Below are positions 50,901 to 63,167 of a DNA stretch of 64,000 nt, piece after piece. Within the stretch, counting starts at the first letter, position 1; each line of letters starts with the position of its first letter. Below the pieces are notes generated by a model. The model had not been told where the DNA came from and did not search any database. It saw nothing but the letters and a program-made list of their open reading frames with translations. Made by a program: the position numbers and the translations under genes. This stretch comes from Cirrosporium novae-zelandiae (taxonomy: Eukaryota): positions 186,001-250,000 of the forward strand of contig JAPETS010000014.1 in the NCBI GenBank assembly GCA_026023565.1, written 5' to 3'.

Positions 50901-51325
50901 GATATCAGACGCTGCAGGTGTTCATCGCTCGCATGGTGGAGTGTTCCAGGTACAAATCTGGTATCTGTGGTTGTGTCATCGAAGAGCGCTGGTCGTCCGC
51001 CAAAAGCTGAAGAGGTAGTAAGAGTAGCGAATGTTGAGGGTACTTGAGTAGACCGTACTTGGGACCTTGAGCCTACATTGTCGGGAATAGGAGTTCTGGA
51101 TCGATTCCTGAACCGTTCGATTTCTGGGGATATTTCTGGCGACAGGGACGGAAAGGAGGTGAGGGATTTGTCTTCGGATGGAGAAGTACTACTCGAGACA
51201 ATAGAGACGGTAGAGACAGGTCGTCTTGGTTTCACTCTGACGGTGCCAGACTTATGACTTCTCGTGGAGGCTTGTGACCGCTGCGAAGAGGTACGCCGGA
51301 GGAAAGCATCTTTCGAAGTTTCCAT
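47972..51325 (-). CDS. TBC-domain Rab GTPase-activating protein
   Basis: Single long ORF; LVLGGIPVTYRAKIW, QIEMDIHRT (Arg finger), GYCQGMN (Gln finger), WFLSLF, LYRVWD; N-terminal coiled coil and S-rich region; first ATG at 51325. Confidence 0.92.
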   Translation of the reverse strand: METSKDAFLRRTSSQRSQASTRSHKSGTVRVKPRRPVSTVSIVSSSTSPSEDKSLTSFPSLSPEISPEIERFRNRSRTPIPDNVGSRSQVRSTQVPSTFATLTTSSAFGGRPALFDDTTTDTRFVPGTLHHASDEHLQRLISKNGAVVVVRQLAEDLAQRDSEMSTLRRRADERERELKKMLREVEVSNLDIETRLRNLEKANGVRATFDDPNSASSEANTLDMQDGNIVNTLMNEAMSDTVSSRHVSDDEDLDTVEHHDLQATLKPRGSKLRNGSGTRSVESSVENDTRKRHGASRGWQEYLWGSQTYRKTSKSSSVFSEDADSDLAARPRAFSGASVRRKRLETNLFQPPVSTEDNGSVKSQEINGHNDDSDSHSRKSSMSVSSWTLRLFAGNPNAGRDNDPQKSLRGRVVTGGDSLGSNSRKGSMTAAKASLLRLNRNASSSSLPRFATNPLNRTANGSIRGQSVSARSRMSVNLSQTEAPQSPSLEPSTNLGPVEMDTILPHDTRPPTLSELYYSYHPTDLLVDHFGFIYDQRRRNKQREAAEGIKRAKHSSNVETIGSDRDVLEVTSLEGLVPTSLRQSTTRPDTPLSTEEQYEEKPTKKWQDYLKIATFPTELLSHTPTVPPIMTLTEASSDTPSNPLQISVKKRGSLPLASLNPDPTPSTVVAEFTRSSGVPQTMEQNQSSGPEQEPVKLLLDQLTELHAAHQKERNMKWNEFLRKVRAERKKEGSMNANNEAKAKAIATPEVSIADGEIVGVSGLGNKGKVGRAKWNEFKHLVLGGIPVTYRAKIWAECTGANASRVPGYYADLVNGGDDDPTIISQIEMDIHRTLTDNVFFRQGPGVAKLKEILIAYSRRNRDVGYCQGMNLITASLLLIIPTNEDVFWVLTSIIENILPLQYYDHSLLASRADQQVLRQYVAEVLPRLSSHLDILSIELEALTFQWFLSLFTDCLSAEALYRVWDVVFCTNDGSTFLFQVALALLKINEKSLLECDTPAAVYTYINHQMTSHAISIDGLIQASDGLRKEIVRGELEQRRKASVEKEREIMRQRELAREERWKNKRKGADNNGSSKQVDEVNGAVTTATEEQNDELTSTTEEDENGDLEIRSPVPVED

Positions 51326-54300
51326 CCCTTGCTTCACGATGATTTGTCCAAAGTAGCATGAGTAGAGATGCTAAACCTCGATGGGAGTTATTATGCTTTG
51401 AAAAAAACCTCGTATGTGGCGCCGTGATATTTGTAAATACTTTAGTAATCTAGTATATTGAGCGAAAAAGGGCGGCGAGTGTTTTATATTGTTTTAAACC
51501 AGGAGACTAGGGTATGAGTAGACGTGTGATATTATGCATGTATCGTCAACTGGACCGAATGTAGAGAGTTGTGGGGGTTCAGAGTGGAGTTTCTTTTACT
51601 TTGATGGGATGAAAAAGGTAAGTCAAAGAGTTTAAGGTAATTTCTTTGCAATGAGAAGGGAATATTGTGATATGAGACAGAATGTTGACAACTTCACGCG
51701 CTGGAGGAGGACGTGGGGGGGGGGATGTTGGGCGATGTGTATTTGCACTGACGGAACGATGACACAACCATGGACAAACGAAACAACCACAACCCAACTT
51801 CACCTAACTTTACCTAACTTCGACCACTTCAACCACACGAAAAACTCTTAATCATTATTTTCTTTCTTCCATTCTTCCGTATAGTTAACTAATCGTAGAG
51901 CAACTAAAATTTTGATAAGATAGGTTGACTATTATGGTGGGTGTACCGAGGTATGTTACAATCATATTTTTTCTCTGCATTCCTATCAAGTTTTTTCTTT
52001 ATCTTTACTAAGGTTAATATATAGACTATTTGACTAGGCAGTCTTTTATTCTTTTCTATTCCACTTTTTTAATATCAGGTCTTGTAAATATTCAACCAAT
52101 GATATACAAAGGTGTGCACCTACATGGTGATAATGAGCACTGATAAATGGTCTATGCCAAGGGGAAAGATCTGCAAAGATTACCAACGCTAGACATTCAT
52201 TTCCTCTGACCAGCAAGCGCAACACATGGGAGATAGCTACTATCAAGGGAGGTGTCAAAACCCCAGGGGCATAGCAAGCTATCAAGAAACGAATGTTTAC
52301 TTAGTGAATCGATATTTGATTGGGTTACAAAAAAAATAAAGAAATAGATTCAAATCTTTTATCTAATTTTTGACTGGTGATGAGAACTAGCGTAGTTAAT
52401 ATATTTTGATAATTTTTTTGATATTTTGAAGCTTGTCAGTAATTATGTCAAATCTTGTTACTTATCTTGTTATGCTAACGAGGATAAGGTACAAAGTATT
52501 ATTTTAAAACGAGGTCCGTGAGTCCTGTGGATTACTATCTCTGTAAATAAAGAGGTGTTTGTTTCCATTTTCGGAAAATTGGTCAAAGTAGTGGGTGGTA
52601 AATCTGTAACTAATTAATTGCGACAGGCCAAATGCTTGAAGTGGACCGTAATATGCAGATATCTATGTACTCGAGTAAGTGAGTTCCCGGGGTTTTTGCC
52701 ATCCAAGTCCCTTCCCTGAAAGTTCTCCCGCTTTGACTTGTTCCAGTACTTTTTAGTTAGGGGGGATTGAATTAATATCAGATGTGAGATGGTTAGATGG
52801 ATAGTGATAATCTTAATAATAACACTTATATCAACCAAAGACCCATTCCCAAGTTACTACTATCTTTTGTTATCCCTTCACCCTGCTTCAGATTTGAGTT
52901 AGGTGCTTACATTAATTAGCTAACTGCATTGTTTACTTTTTTATTTTGATTTGATTTTTTTTATCTTACATGAGTATATAGCTATGTAACTACATCGAAG
53001 TGACTGTCCGTCAGTCATCACCCTTCAACCAACTATGGATTTTATGCGATCAGCAGAGCATTACCAATTGAAGATTTTGATCCACAAATTTCACTTTTGA
53101 CCATCCAAATTTCTAAGACTTACCAAGTTACCACCTACTCCCTGAGGTTAACGCTTCTAGGTAATTAACTAATTAGTTGGGCTGCTTGTTGAAGGCTGAA
53201 GGCTTGTCCGAAAATTACAATTCTGTTCCTGGAAACCTTCCCCTCGAGGGCAACCGTGGGGTGAGACAGGTATCTGAGTATCTTCCATTATCAAAACCCA
53301 ACGAACGCGGTTACGCGTCATCTTGCAGCAAGGAGGCGTTCTTCCTCAGTTGTTAATTGTTAGGGCGAACAATGTTTTTGTCTAACAGTAGACTTGAAAA
53401 TAATTTAGATAATTTGGTTAAAACAAGTGTAGCACAACATCCGAGATATCATATATCGAATCAATGAAAAATTCTTTTTTCCTTTCAAGGATTTTGTATT
53501 TTGTACCTCCAAGTGCTTGCATTTGTGGAACCGGTGGAACCAGACCACGAACGACCTTCGGTCTCTTTCAGGGATGTTTGCGACTTGTATCGCATAGAGT
53601 GGCTATGGTTATATACCTAGGTACTATGTGCTTGATATCATATCGTGGCAGAGAGCGATAAGTGTTTACAGTTCAGATGGGCAAATGCAGGAAAGGAGCT
53701 TGTCAGCAGTTGTCACCTTTGACTTAGCCGTTATGAGGTTAAAGTAAAGTAGCGGCGAGACTACGTTAAGTTTGGAGTCTTTCGGAGTTCTTTTGGGGAG
53801 TCTTGGGAGTCTTTTTAAGATACTGTAGCTATCTTCATTCGTTGTGGTTCACAGCCGTGACAACCTCCGCCCAAGTTCCCCCTGAAGACTAACCGCAATA
53901 GCCCAACTCGCTTGGTCCTGCCCAGCTAACAAACCAGCTAACACCCAGCAGGCCCCGAGTTCTCCCCTGGCCCTTCTACCTCTCCTCTTTAAGGCTTTTT
54001 TATCCTCTCCCCATACTCTCCTAAATAATACAATCTCTATCCGATATGTATTCGGCGCGCGCGCGTCGTTAAGGCCCTCTATTCTTCTCTGCAACTTCCT
54101 CTCGACAATCCACTTCGCCTGACTGAGGCCTTTGTTCCGCCAAAGAAAAAAAATTAATCATTTCTGCGATTCGTGTCTCCCTTTTTTTAATTTATCTTTT
54201 CGGTGAATTTACGGCCGCCGAATGTGTGTTTATGTTTCTACGGATGATTAAATCAAGCCTCAATATTTTTCATATTCAGCCCCATATTTCGCTTCACCTT

Positions 54301-54356
54301 CTTGGAATCCTTGGTCACAACTACATACATCTTGGCCTGCGAGGGCTGCTGAAGCC

Positions 54357-57300
54357 ATGACCACATCTCCTCCGCTTTCGCCTTCGGGGCCTGCCAAAAG
54401 ACCAGCGTCCATGATGTTGAACTCGAGGCCTTCGCGAAGCTCAAGTCGGATGAGCATGAGCAAGGGCAGCAGAGCTTCTGATGAGGATACCAAAACATCA
54501 GTCAAAGTTGGTGCGTCACAGTAACTACACACTTGGAAAAAAAAAGAGAGACGACTAATACATCTAATATAGCTGTCCGTGTTCGTCCACCGCTGGGCCC
54601 TTCAGATCCTGGGTACGAGCTGATCCCGCAGCGCTTTCAGCGATCAATGGTACAAGTAACTTCACCTACCAATCTTGCTGTTGATTCTCCACAAGGTCGA
54701 AAACTTTTTGTGTTTGACCGTATTTTTGGGGAGGATGTAACACAGGAAGGCTTATGGGAATATCTTTGTGAAAGTGTTCGAGCTTTCGTGCAAGGATATA
54801 ATGTCTCGGTGCTGGCATATGGCCAATCCGGATCTGGCAAATCTTACACTATGGGAACTTCAGCCACAGAGCAGACCGATCCTCACGTTATGGGTATGTC
54901 ACTTCTTAAGCCCTATTCACGGCTTCTCGGGAGAAAGCCACTACTTGAGACATGGGCTAACAAGGCGTATTTTAGGCGTTGTCCCACGGGCTGCATATGC
55001 GCTTTTTGATGTATTGGAAGGTAATGCACAGCACAATCGCAATGGCTCTAACGGACCGGGTACCTTGCGCACGCCTACACGATACTCCACAAGCTCAAGT
55101 AGTGCTATTCCATCACTGAAAAGCCATGATAAGGGAAGCTCAGATAAAACTTGGGAAATGAAGGCCACATACGTCGAGGTGCGTTCTCCTCCGGTGACAT
55201 TGAAACTGTAAATGCTAACTCCCTCTCTCAGATCTACAATGAGCAGCTTCGTGATTTGCTTTTACCCGAGACAGTGCCACAAGGCGAAAGAAATTCCGTC
55301 ACCATTCGCGAGGACCCCAGAGGCCGTATTCTTCTGACCGGTTTGCATCAAATTACCATCAACTCCGTCAGTGATCTTTTGGATGCTCTGAATTTTGGTT
55401 CATCGATCCGCCAAACAGATGCCACGAACATCAATGCCAAATCATCACGTTCGCATGCAGTTTTTAGTTTGAACCTTGTTCAACGAAAGACAAAATCATC
55501 TACAATGTCTCCACATGAGAAACGAATGTCTGTTCCTATCGAGGCCATGAGCGGAACAGAAGGTTGGGTTACCGTTGACAGCAAATTACATTTTGTGGAT
55601 CTTGCAGGAAGTGAAAGACTCAAGAACACTGGCGCCGTAGGTGAGCGTGCCAGGGAAGGTATTTCTATCAATGCCGGTCTCGCAAGTTTAGGAAAGGTCA
55701 TCTCTCAGCTTTCTTCTCGAAACTCTGGTTCTCACGTTTCTTACCGAGACTCGAAACTCACTCGCCTTCTACAAGATTCCCTAGGTGGGAATGCAATCAC
55801 ATATATGATAGCTTGCGTCACCCCCGCTGAATTCCATTTGAGCGAGACTTTGAATACGGTGCAGTATGCTCAACGAGCTCGTGCTATTCAGAGTAAGCCT
55901 AGGATCCAACAAGTCAATGATGACAGCGATAAGCAAGCTGTAATCGATAGACTCAAAGCTGAAATTGCATTCCTTCGTGACCAAATTCGGAACTCTGAGC
56001 GCAACGACCGACGGACGAACGCTCCTCAAGAACGGGCAGAACGGCAGAACGAACGCGAGATCGAGCTGCAGAACCATCTGCTTGATATCCAAGAAAGTTA
56101 CACTGCTCTTAGCCAGCGTCATGCAAAATTGATATCGGAGATATCGAAAGCACAGCAGGATCATTCGGAAGAGACGCCTACCTTGAATGATGCAATTGGA
56201 GACAACGCTGTCGAGCGATTGAAGCGATCCAACTCCTTTGCCGAAGCCGTAGAGAAAGTGGTTTTGGAATATGAAAAGACTATACAAACATTGGAATCTT
56301 CGCTCTCGAATACTCGTTCATCCTTGGCAACTACAGAAAGCAGTCTACTGGAAAGAGAAAGCAAGTGTGCTTATATTGAAACTGTCAACACCCAACTTCA
56401 GACTCGAGTTCAAAAGCTGATGGATCGAGAATCAAGCACAGAAAACTACCTTCATGATCTCGAAGCTAAACTTGATGGTCACACTTCAGGTGAGGAGAAG
56501 AATGCCGCCATAATAACGGAGCTTCGTAAGGAAATCGCTCGTGCACGGGAAAATGAGGCTAGCTGCGAAGACTATATATCCACCCTCGAGGAGCGTCTCG
56601 CTGAGTCGGATCAAGATATGGAGCTAATGCAGCGTGAAGTTGAGCGGCTGGAACACGTTGTAGAACGGCAGCGAAGTCTTGGCAAACTGGATAACCTTCT
56701 CTATGAACTTGACCATCTTCCACAAAATGGTAAACCTTCTACAGAGGAAGATGCCTCCAACGGGGTTTCAAGCAGCGAACAGAAACCTATCCGTAGTCGT
56801 TCTAAGTCTAGGGATCGCCTCGCAGAAGCTGCAGGTATTGCTATCCCTGGGCTCGATGACGATCTCGGAGACCATCCGCCGATGCCAAGCCCCATCCGAG
56901 AAGAAACCGAAGTTACCGAGGATGCTCAAGTCCAAACCGAGAATGATAGCCTTCAGACCCTAGAATCCCAATCTCTCAAGCATGTTGTTGAGTCCCAGGA
57001 ACAAGCTGTGGATCAATATCCCCAAAGTCCTGCACAATCTAGATTTGTTCAGGATAAACTTGAGTCTGTTACCCAAGAGTTGTTTGATCTACGTGTGGAA
57101 CATGAGGGTGCTGTGACTGAATACGATTTATTGTCAGCAAAGTATGAGGAGGCGTTGAGAACGCTGGCAGAGCTTCAGGATGTGGTTGATGAAGCCCGTC
57201 ACCCTGCGGCTTTGCCGAATGTTGCATCTCCAGCATCGACAAGGCCGCAATCTTTTTTAGCTGTCGCGAGGGTGGAAGAGCCGAAAGAGGAAGGACACTT

Positions 57301-59980
57301 GTCATCCTCGCGGTCGCTCTTGTCGGAATTGTCCTTAGCTGGGGAATCACCCAATATCACCGAGTCGTCCGATATCGAGATTGAAACACCTGTCAAGGAA
57401 TCTGATTCTGCAGGTGTGGATCGAGTAATGCAGAAGGAGGGGGTGTTGGTCCAGGAGATGGAAGTCCTGAAAAAACTCCAGACTGAGAAGGAGTCAGGAA
57501 TGGCTGCTCTGACAGAACAGTATGCGCATTTGCAGGAGCAGCACCGAGAGGCGCTAGACATGGTCGAGGAACTCAAGATAGAGGTCCAGAAAGCCCGAAT
57601 GATGGCTCCTCCGACTACACCAACCACACCAGTTATTCGACGCAAATCAAGTCAGAATGTAATGACGATTGACCGTGCCCATCGATCATTGGCTTCCTTA
57701 CGAAACATTGCAGCCGAAGAATTTGAGCACAAGCCGGAGGTCATACAAAATTTCGAGCTCAACCTCAGTACAGCAATGCACGAATTGCATTCGCGTTCTG
57801 AACGCATCGAAGCTTTGGAAGTAGAGATTACAGCGGTCAAGAAGGAGATGGAAACGAAGACAACCATCATTTCCGGCCTTACTAGAGAAAGATCAAGTTT
57901 ACATGGGCAATCGCCTGTAGATCTTTCGATGGTATCTTCCATGCGTGATCAACTTCTACAGAGTGAGAATGAGATCCGTGTCTTACGTGAGCAGAGCGCT
58001 GGTCGGGAGAAGGAACTTCTTGATAAGATAGAGGCTTTACGTGAATCCCTTGCGGTTCATGAAACGCCGAGCCTGCTCCCGGTGCCAGGATACTTCCCCA
58101 AAACTCCGGCAGAAGATATATCAGAATCAGGTAGCGCCATAGATGTCGAAAAGGAGAAGAGACTCGCAGAACTGCAAGAGGAACTTACCGAATGGCAAGA
58201 TCGACATAAATCGGCGTATGACTCTCTACAGGAGACGCAGGATAAACTCAACGAAACATTGGCGGAGCTTGAGAAAGCAAATGTAAATATGGAGGTGATG
58301 CGCACGGAGCGGGAAGATTCTGTTGGGAACGAAGACGCGGAGGAAAAAGCGGCTCTTGCTGCTGAGCTTGAGAGTGAACGCAGGAAGCACCAGGAAACTG
58401 TGGAGGCGTTGCAGAAGGAGATTGCTGACCAAGCAACGTCATTGAACTCACGGGAGAATAGAGTTGCCGAGCTCGAGGCATCATATGCATCGGCCCGCGA
58501 GGAACTTGAAAAGGGTTTGAAGTCGCATGATACGGACCAAACTGAAATAGCGGCCCAAAGCGAACTTGTCTCGGCACTTGAAAAACAACTTGAAGAACAC
58601 AAGTCTATCACCGAAACTTACAAACAGGAGCTCCAATCATTACAGGATTCTCATACACGTGAACTTGAGGACCTTAAACTCTCTACTGCCGCTGCTGCTG
58701 AAGCCGACCTGCAAGCTCGCCTTGCAGAGGAAGCTACCAAGCACCAGGAGGCCCTCAACAGCCTTCAAGTTGAACTTGACAACTCCAAACAAGAAATCGA
58801 GGCAGCAAAGCAGGAAATGGTCCAGCTACTCGATGAAGCTTCGCGTATTCTTCAAGAACCTACTGCAGTAGGCAAGCTGCAAGGCCAGATTCACAACTTG
58901 ATTCTGGAAAAAAGTCAAGCTCTTTCAGAGGTCTCCTCGGCCATTGAGTTTAGGGAAGCTGCCGAGAACAAGTTAGCTATTGCCAATGCAGCTATAGAAG
59001 AACTTAATGATACCAAGTCTACTCTCGAATGTCGGATCAAGGAGATTGAGGAGAAAGCTGGAGAGAGCGAGAAATCGGCTATAGAACTTAAGGAACTTGA
59101 AGAATCTAATGACCAGTTGAAGAGTCGGAATCAAGAGCTTGAAGATGTTGTCAAGGACCAGGTCAAGACCATTGACGTCATGTCAAAGAAGATTGAACAG
59201 ATCACAACGAAGGAACAGAAGCTCTCTCGTCTTGTCGACGAACTTGAGGAACAAATCGCCAACAGCTTCGATCAACATCAAGCTGTTACCAATCGTCAAT
59301 CATTGCTACAAGCTGAACGGACGCATCAATTAGAGGAGGCAAATAGTGCCAAAGCCTATCTTGAGAAAGATCTCGAGGAAGCGCGCCAACGTATCGGTGA
59401 ACTCGAGGTATGGACAGTTGAACCACTGTACGGTTTTGTCACGGCTAATAAAACGCAGATACAACTCACTTCGGCTGATGGCGATCGTCCAACTTCTCCA
59501 CTACGCAAGAGCACATCTGTTGCCAATCTACCTTCTCCTCCCCCAGCGATACCTCTACCGCCGCTTCCAAACATTGCAAATAATGCCAACAGCACCTCTC
59601 CTCCCAACTCTCGACATGTGAGCAGGGACATGGCGAATGCCCAACTCACGGAAGACCAGGAAGCTCGGATCAAAACCATGGAGAAACATCTCCATGCCGA
59701 GAAACAACTTACGGCTACACTTGAAGAGGCTTTGGTTGACCTAGAGACGCAAAGTAACAAGCTCAAGGCTGACATAGAGTCATGGAAAAAGAAGGCATGG
59801 ACATACGAAGATGAGCTTCAAATTCTAAGAAAGGAAAGGAATTCTCAAAGGCTTTCTGTACAACAGATGGAGACGGAGAGGAATGCAAGAAGAGAGGCAG
59901 AAGCAGCTAGAGCGCATCTAGAAGAGAAGATGAATGCGCTAAATAAGAAAAAGAAGAAGGGAACGCTGAACTGCTTCTAG
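54357..59980 (+). CDS. Kinesin-4 family motor (KIF21/KIF4-like) with long coiled-coil stalk
   Basis: SVKV|AVRVRPP, P-loop AYGQSGSGKSYT, SSRSHAVF, FVDLAGSER, HVSYRDSKLTRLLQDSLGGN; introns near 54511-54571, 54894-54975, 55179-55231, 59408-59458. Confidence 0.94.
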
Positions 59981-60948
59981 GCTCAGGGAGGGGATGGGGA
60001 TGAAGACGATTTTTTATTACGGCGTAACTGGCTGGCTCCCATCTACTTCTTCGACTTTGCTAACTGGCTAACTTGACTTACATACCCCTTTCGCAATGTT
60101 TGTCGCCATAACTCTTTACATGATTCGATGTTCTCCTTCGCTGCTTTGTATGCTGAGATACCTCCCACATGGCTCACGGCTCTTTTTCCCTGTACTTATT
60201 CTTTTTACTATTCCGAGGGAGCGCTTTTTATATACTGCGCCTTCCCTTCATACTTATTTACCTAGTGGCTAAAGTATTTTTGAACCATGGTCATGTGTAT
60301 CATAAAAATCTCTCTTCCTGTACTTGTTTGTATGCGACGCGCTCCTCTAAATATGAGACTATCCGCCTTCATTTTACGCTAGCTAGGTCTGCCCTAAGGA
60401 GAATGATGGATTGTTAAGGTTGTGAGTCGAGGTCGGGTCTCATCTCTAGGATTATTGAGGGCTGGGAACGAAGACAACCCCTAGATTCAGATGTATATCA
60501 GAGCTAAGATTTTTCAATGTGAATTGTGATGCTGCCTTACATTCCAACTGTTCGCGTCGTCATATATAACCCAGAACTATGCCTATTTCGGCGTTTATGA
60601 TGGGTTTATGACGCCTATACTTAGGTAGAGCGTGGATGAGTTACGCGGAAGGATTCCCGATTTCCAAGGCCATGAAGTTTGATATGGCCAAGGAAAGTGA
60701 AAGCTGTTGAATTTAGAGAGGCAACCGTGGCAACTCTTATACTTTATTCTAGTAAAGGAATATGAATTCAATTGAGTTGAGGGGACTTGGAAAGTAATAT
60801 GCTTCCCAACCGTCGTTCCTTACCCAACTTCCTAGTCAGGACAGCCATAAACTTTGTTCCTCTCGGGAACCTGTAACCCCACAAATTACGATGTACGCGA
60901 GTAGAGTATACATTTCATTTGTCACCGACATGCTTCTCCCTCAAGAAC

Positions 60949-62631
60949 ATGTCCGCCTCCACCCCTACCGACAAAAAAAGTGATAGGAAGAACATAGTCT
61001 TCTTCCACCCCGACCTTGGTATCGGTGGTGCCGAGCGTCTCGTTGTTGATGCCGCTGTGGGGCTTCAGAATCGTGGCCATAAAGTCACCATTTTCACAAA
61101 CCATTGCGATCCAGGGCATTGTTTTGATGAAACGCGCGATGGTAAGTCTACGGTCGCTACAACCCTTCTCTTCTAAATAAGTTTGGAAAATAGTCTAACC
61201 TTGCCGCTCGTGGGGGTTGGTGTGTCTAGGCACTCTTGACGTGAGAGTTAGAGCTGATATCCTTCCCCCGCACCTCTTTTCCCGCCTCTCTATATTTTTT
61301 GCGACACTCCGCCAGCTACATCTCCTCCTCATCATCCTTCACAATGGCGAACTCAGCTCTCTTAACCCTAACATATTCATCGCCGATCAACTTGCTACAT
61401 GCGTCCCTATCCTCTGCTGGCTCTACCCCGCCACGCGCATACTTTTCTACTGCCATTTTCCAGACTTGCTATTGGTGAAGGGGAGGAAGACAAGCATAAT
61501 TAAGAGAGCATATAGAGTTCCGTTCGATTGGGCTGAAGAGTTTTGTCTAGGAGGTTCTGATGCGGTGGTAGTGAACAGCAAGTTTACGAGGGGAATTGTG
61601 GAAAGAGAATTCCCTGGACTGATGAAGCAAATTCGTTTGGAGAAAAAAGAGATCAAGGTTGTATACCCGTGCGTTACGAATGCTGTCGAAAGCAAAGAAG
61701 AAGAAGGTGATCTGTGGAGGGATAAAAAGATCATCTTGAGTATTAATCGCTTTGAACGGAAGAAAGATGTTGATCTAGCTATTCGTGCTTTCGCGGGACT
61801 GGACGAGAATGAAAGGAAGGGCTGTAGGTTGGTCTGCGCAGGTATGTCAATTGAACTTAACCTTATCTTGCCCACGACGAAAACCAGTATTCTCGCATTT
61901 CTGCTTTATCCACCTTCCTCTTGGGATACTAACATCCCGTCCCGCGTTCAGGTGGCTACGACAGCCGCGTCCCCGAGAACGTTGCATACCACAAAGAGCT
62001 CGTTACCCTAGCAGAATCCTACAATCTCAAAACAGCAACCCAGCACAACCTAGCCACAGCATTAAAAGTCCCCTCGGACATCAACGTCCTCTTCCTCCTC
62101 TCTGTCCCCTCGGCCCTCAAATCTACGCTCCTCCGGACCGCAAAACTTCTTACCTACACCCCCACCAACGAGCACTTCGGCATCGTGCCCGTAGAAGCAA
62201 TGCAAGTCGGCCTTCCCGTACTCGCAGCCGATAGCGGCGGCCCCCTAGAAACAATCGAAGAGAATATTACGGGCTGGCACCGCGACCCGCAGGACACCAA
62301 AGCCTGGACGGCTATCATGCGGAAGGTCCTGCACGAAATGAGCGAGGAGGATCTCAGAACCATGGGCCAGAAGGGAAAAGAAAAGGTTCAGCGCGAGTTC
62401 ACGGAGGAGATGATGGCGGGGCGGTTGGATGGGTATATTGAGGAGATGGTGCGGAGGCCCAGGAGTCAGGCTATGGGTCTTCCGGACCTTTTGTTGATAA
62501 TCGGCGCGCTGGGGGTCGTGGCCATCGCCTTCATCTCCATCGCTACTAAGTTCCTACTCGGGGGGTTTAGGGATCAGAGGGTGTGGTGGCAATCGCCGCC
62601 AAAAGACGGAGCCGCGAGGAGCGAGTTATAG
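60949..62631 (+). CDS. ALG2: Alpha-1,3/1,6-mannosyltransferase Alg2
   Basis: FFHPDLGIGGAERLVVDAA, FYCHFPD, LSINRFERKK, GGYDSRV.EN, YTPTNEHFGIVPVEAM; introns ~61142-61230 and ~61842-61951; C-terminal TM. Confidence 0.96.
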
Positions 62632-62956
62632 ATCCCTTGAGCAAGAAAGAGAGAGAGAGAGAAAGAGAGAATGGAAATACTAGAGATTAGAATATGAAAG
62701 TCAGGATATCCTAGCCTGTCAGTCCGTCAACAAGAAGCGAGCCCTTTTTGACTCGGTTCTTACAGCTACTGCTGTTGTAGGTGTATATAATTAACACATT
62801 TTTCGTTCCAATTCCTTGCTTGCTTGCAGACATGCTATGCATATGATGATGACTGATGATTCAAATACAACGAATCCACCACCTCCTCCTTCCCCCCTCT
62901 CCCCAATCCCTTCTCGGCCTAGACTAAGGAGTTTCAATTCCGGTTTTCATATACTC

Positions 62957-63022
62957 TATATATATATATATATATGTGTGTGTATGTGTGTGTGTGTGTA
63001 TGTGTGTGTATGTGTATGTATA
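62957..63022. repeat. Compound (TA)n-(TG)n/(TATG)n microsatellite
   Basis: Directly visible between the convergent ALG2 and EME1-like 3' ends. Confidence 0.95.
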
Positions 63023-63167
63023 CGCATCTGCATGATTTCTTTCATGTAGAAGCAAAAGAGAAGAAAGAAAGAAAAAAACAAGAATAGTAAAATAAAAACC
63101 GAAACGCAAACGCAACTCCATAAACTATACAATCATCGATCCTTCCCCCCCCCTTCTAAAAAATAAA

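Noticed and set aside
55480..59775. Many antisense ORFs over the kinesin (and similarly over the TBC, UvdE and MFS genes)
   Set aside because: Shadow frames expected from codon bias of the real genes; no domain motifs
62816..63121. Short ORFs with IY/VC/HT runs
   Set aside because: Translations of the TA/TG microsatellite
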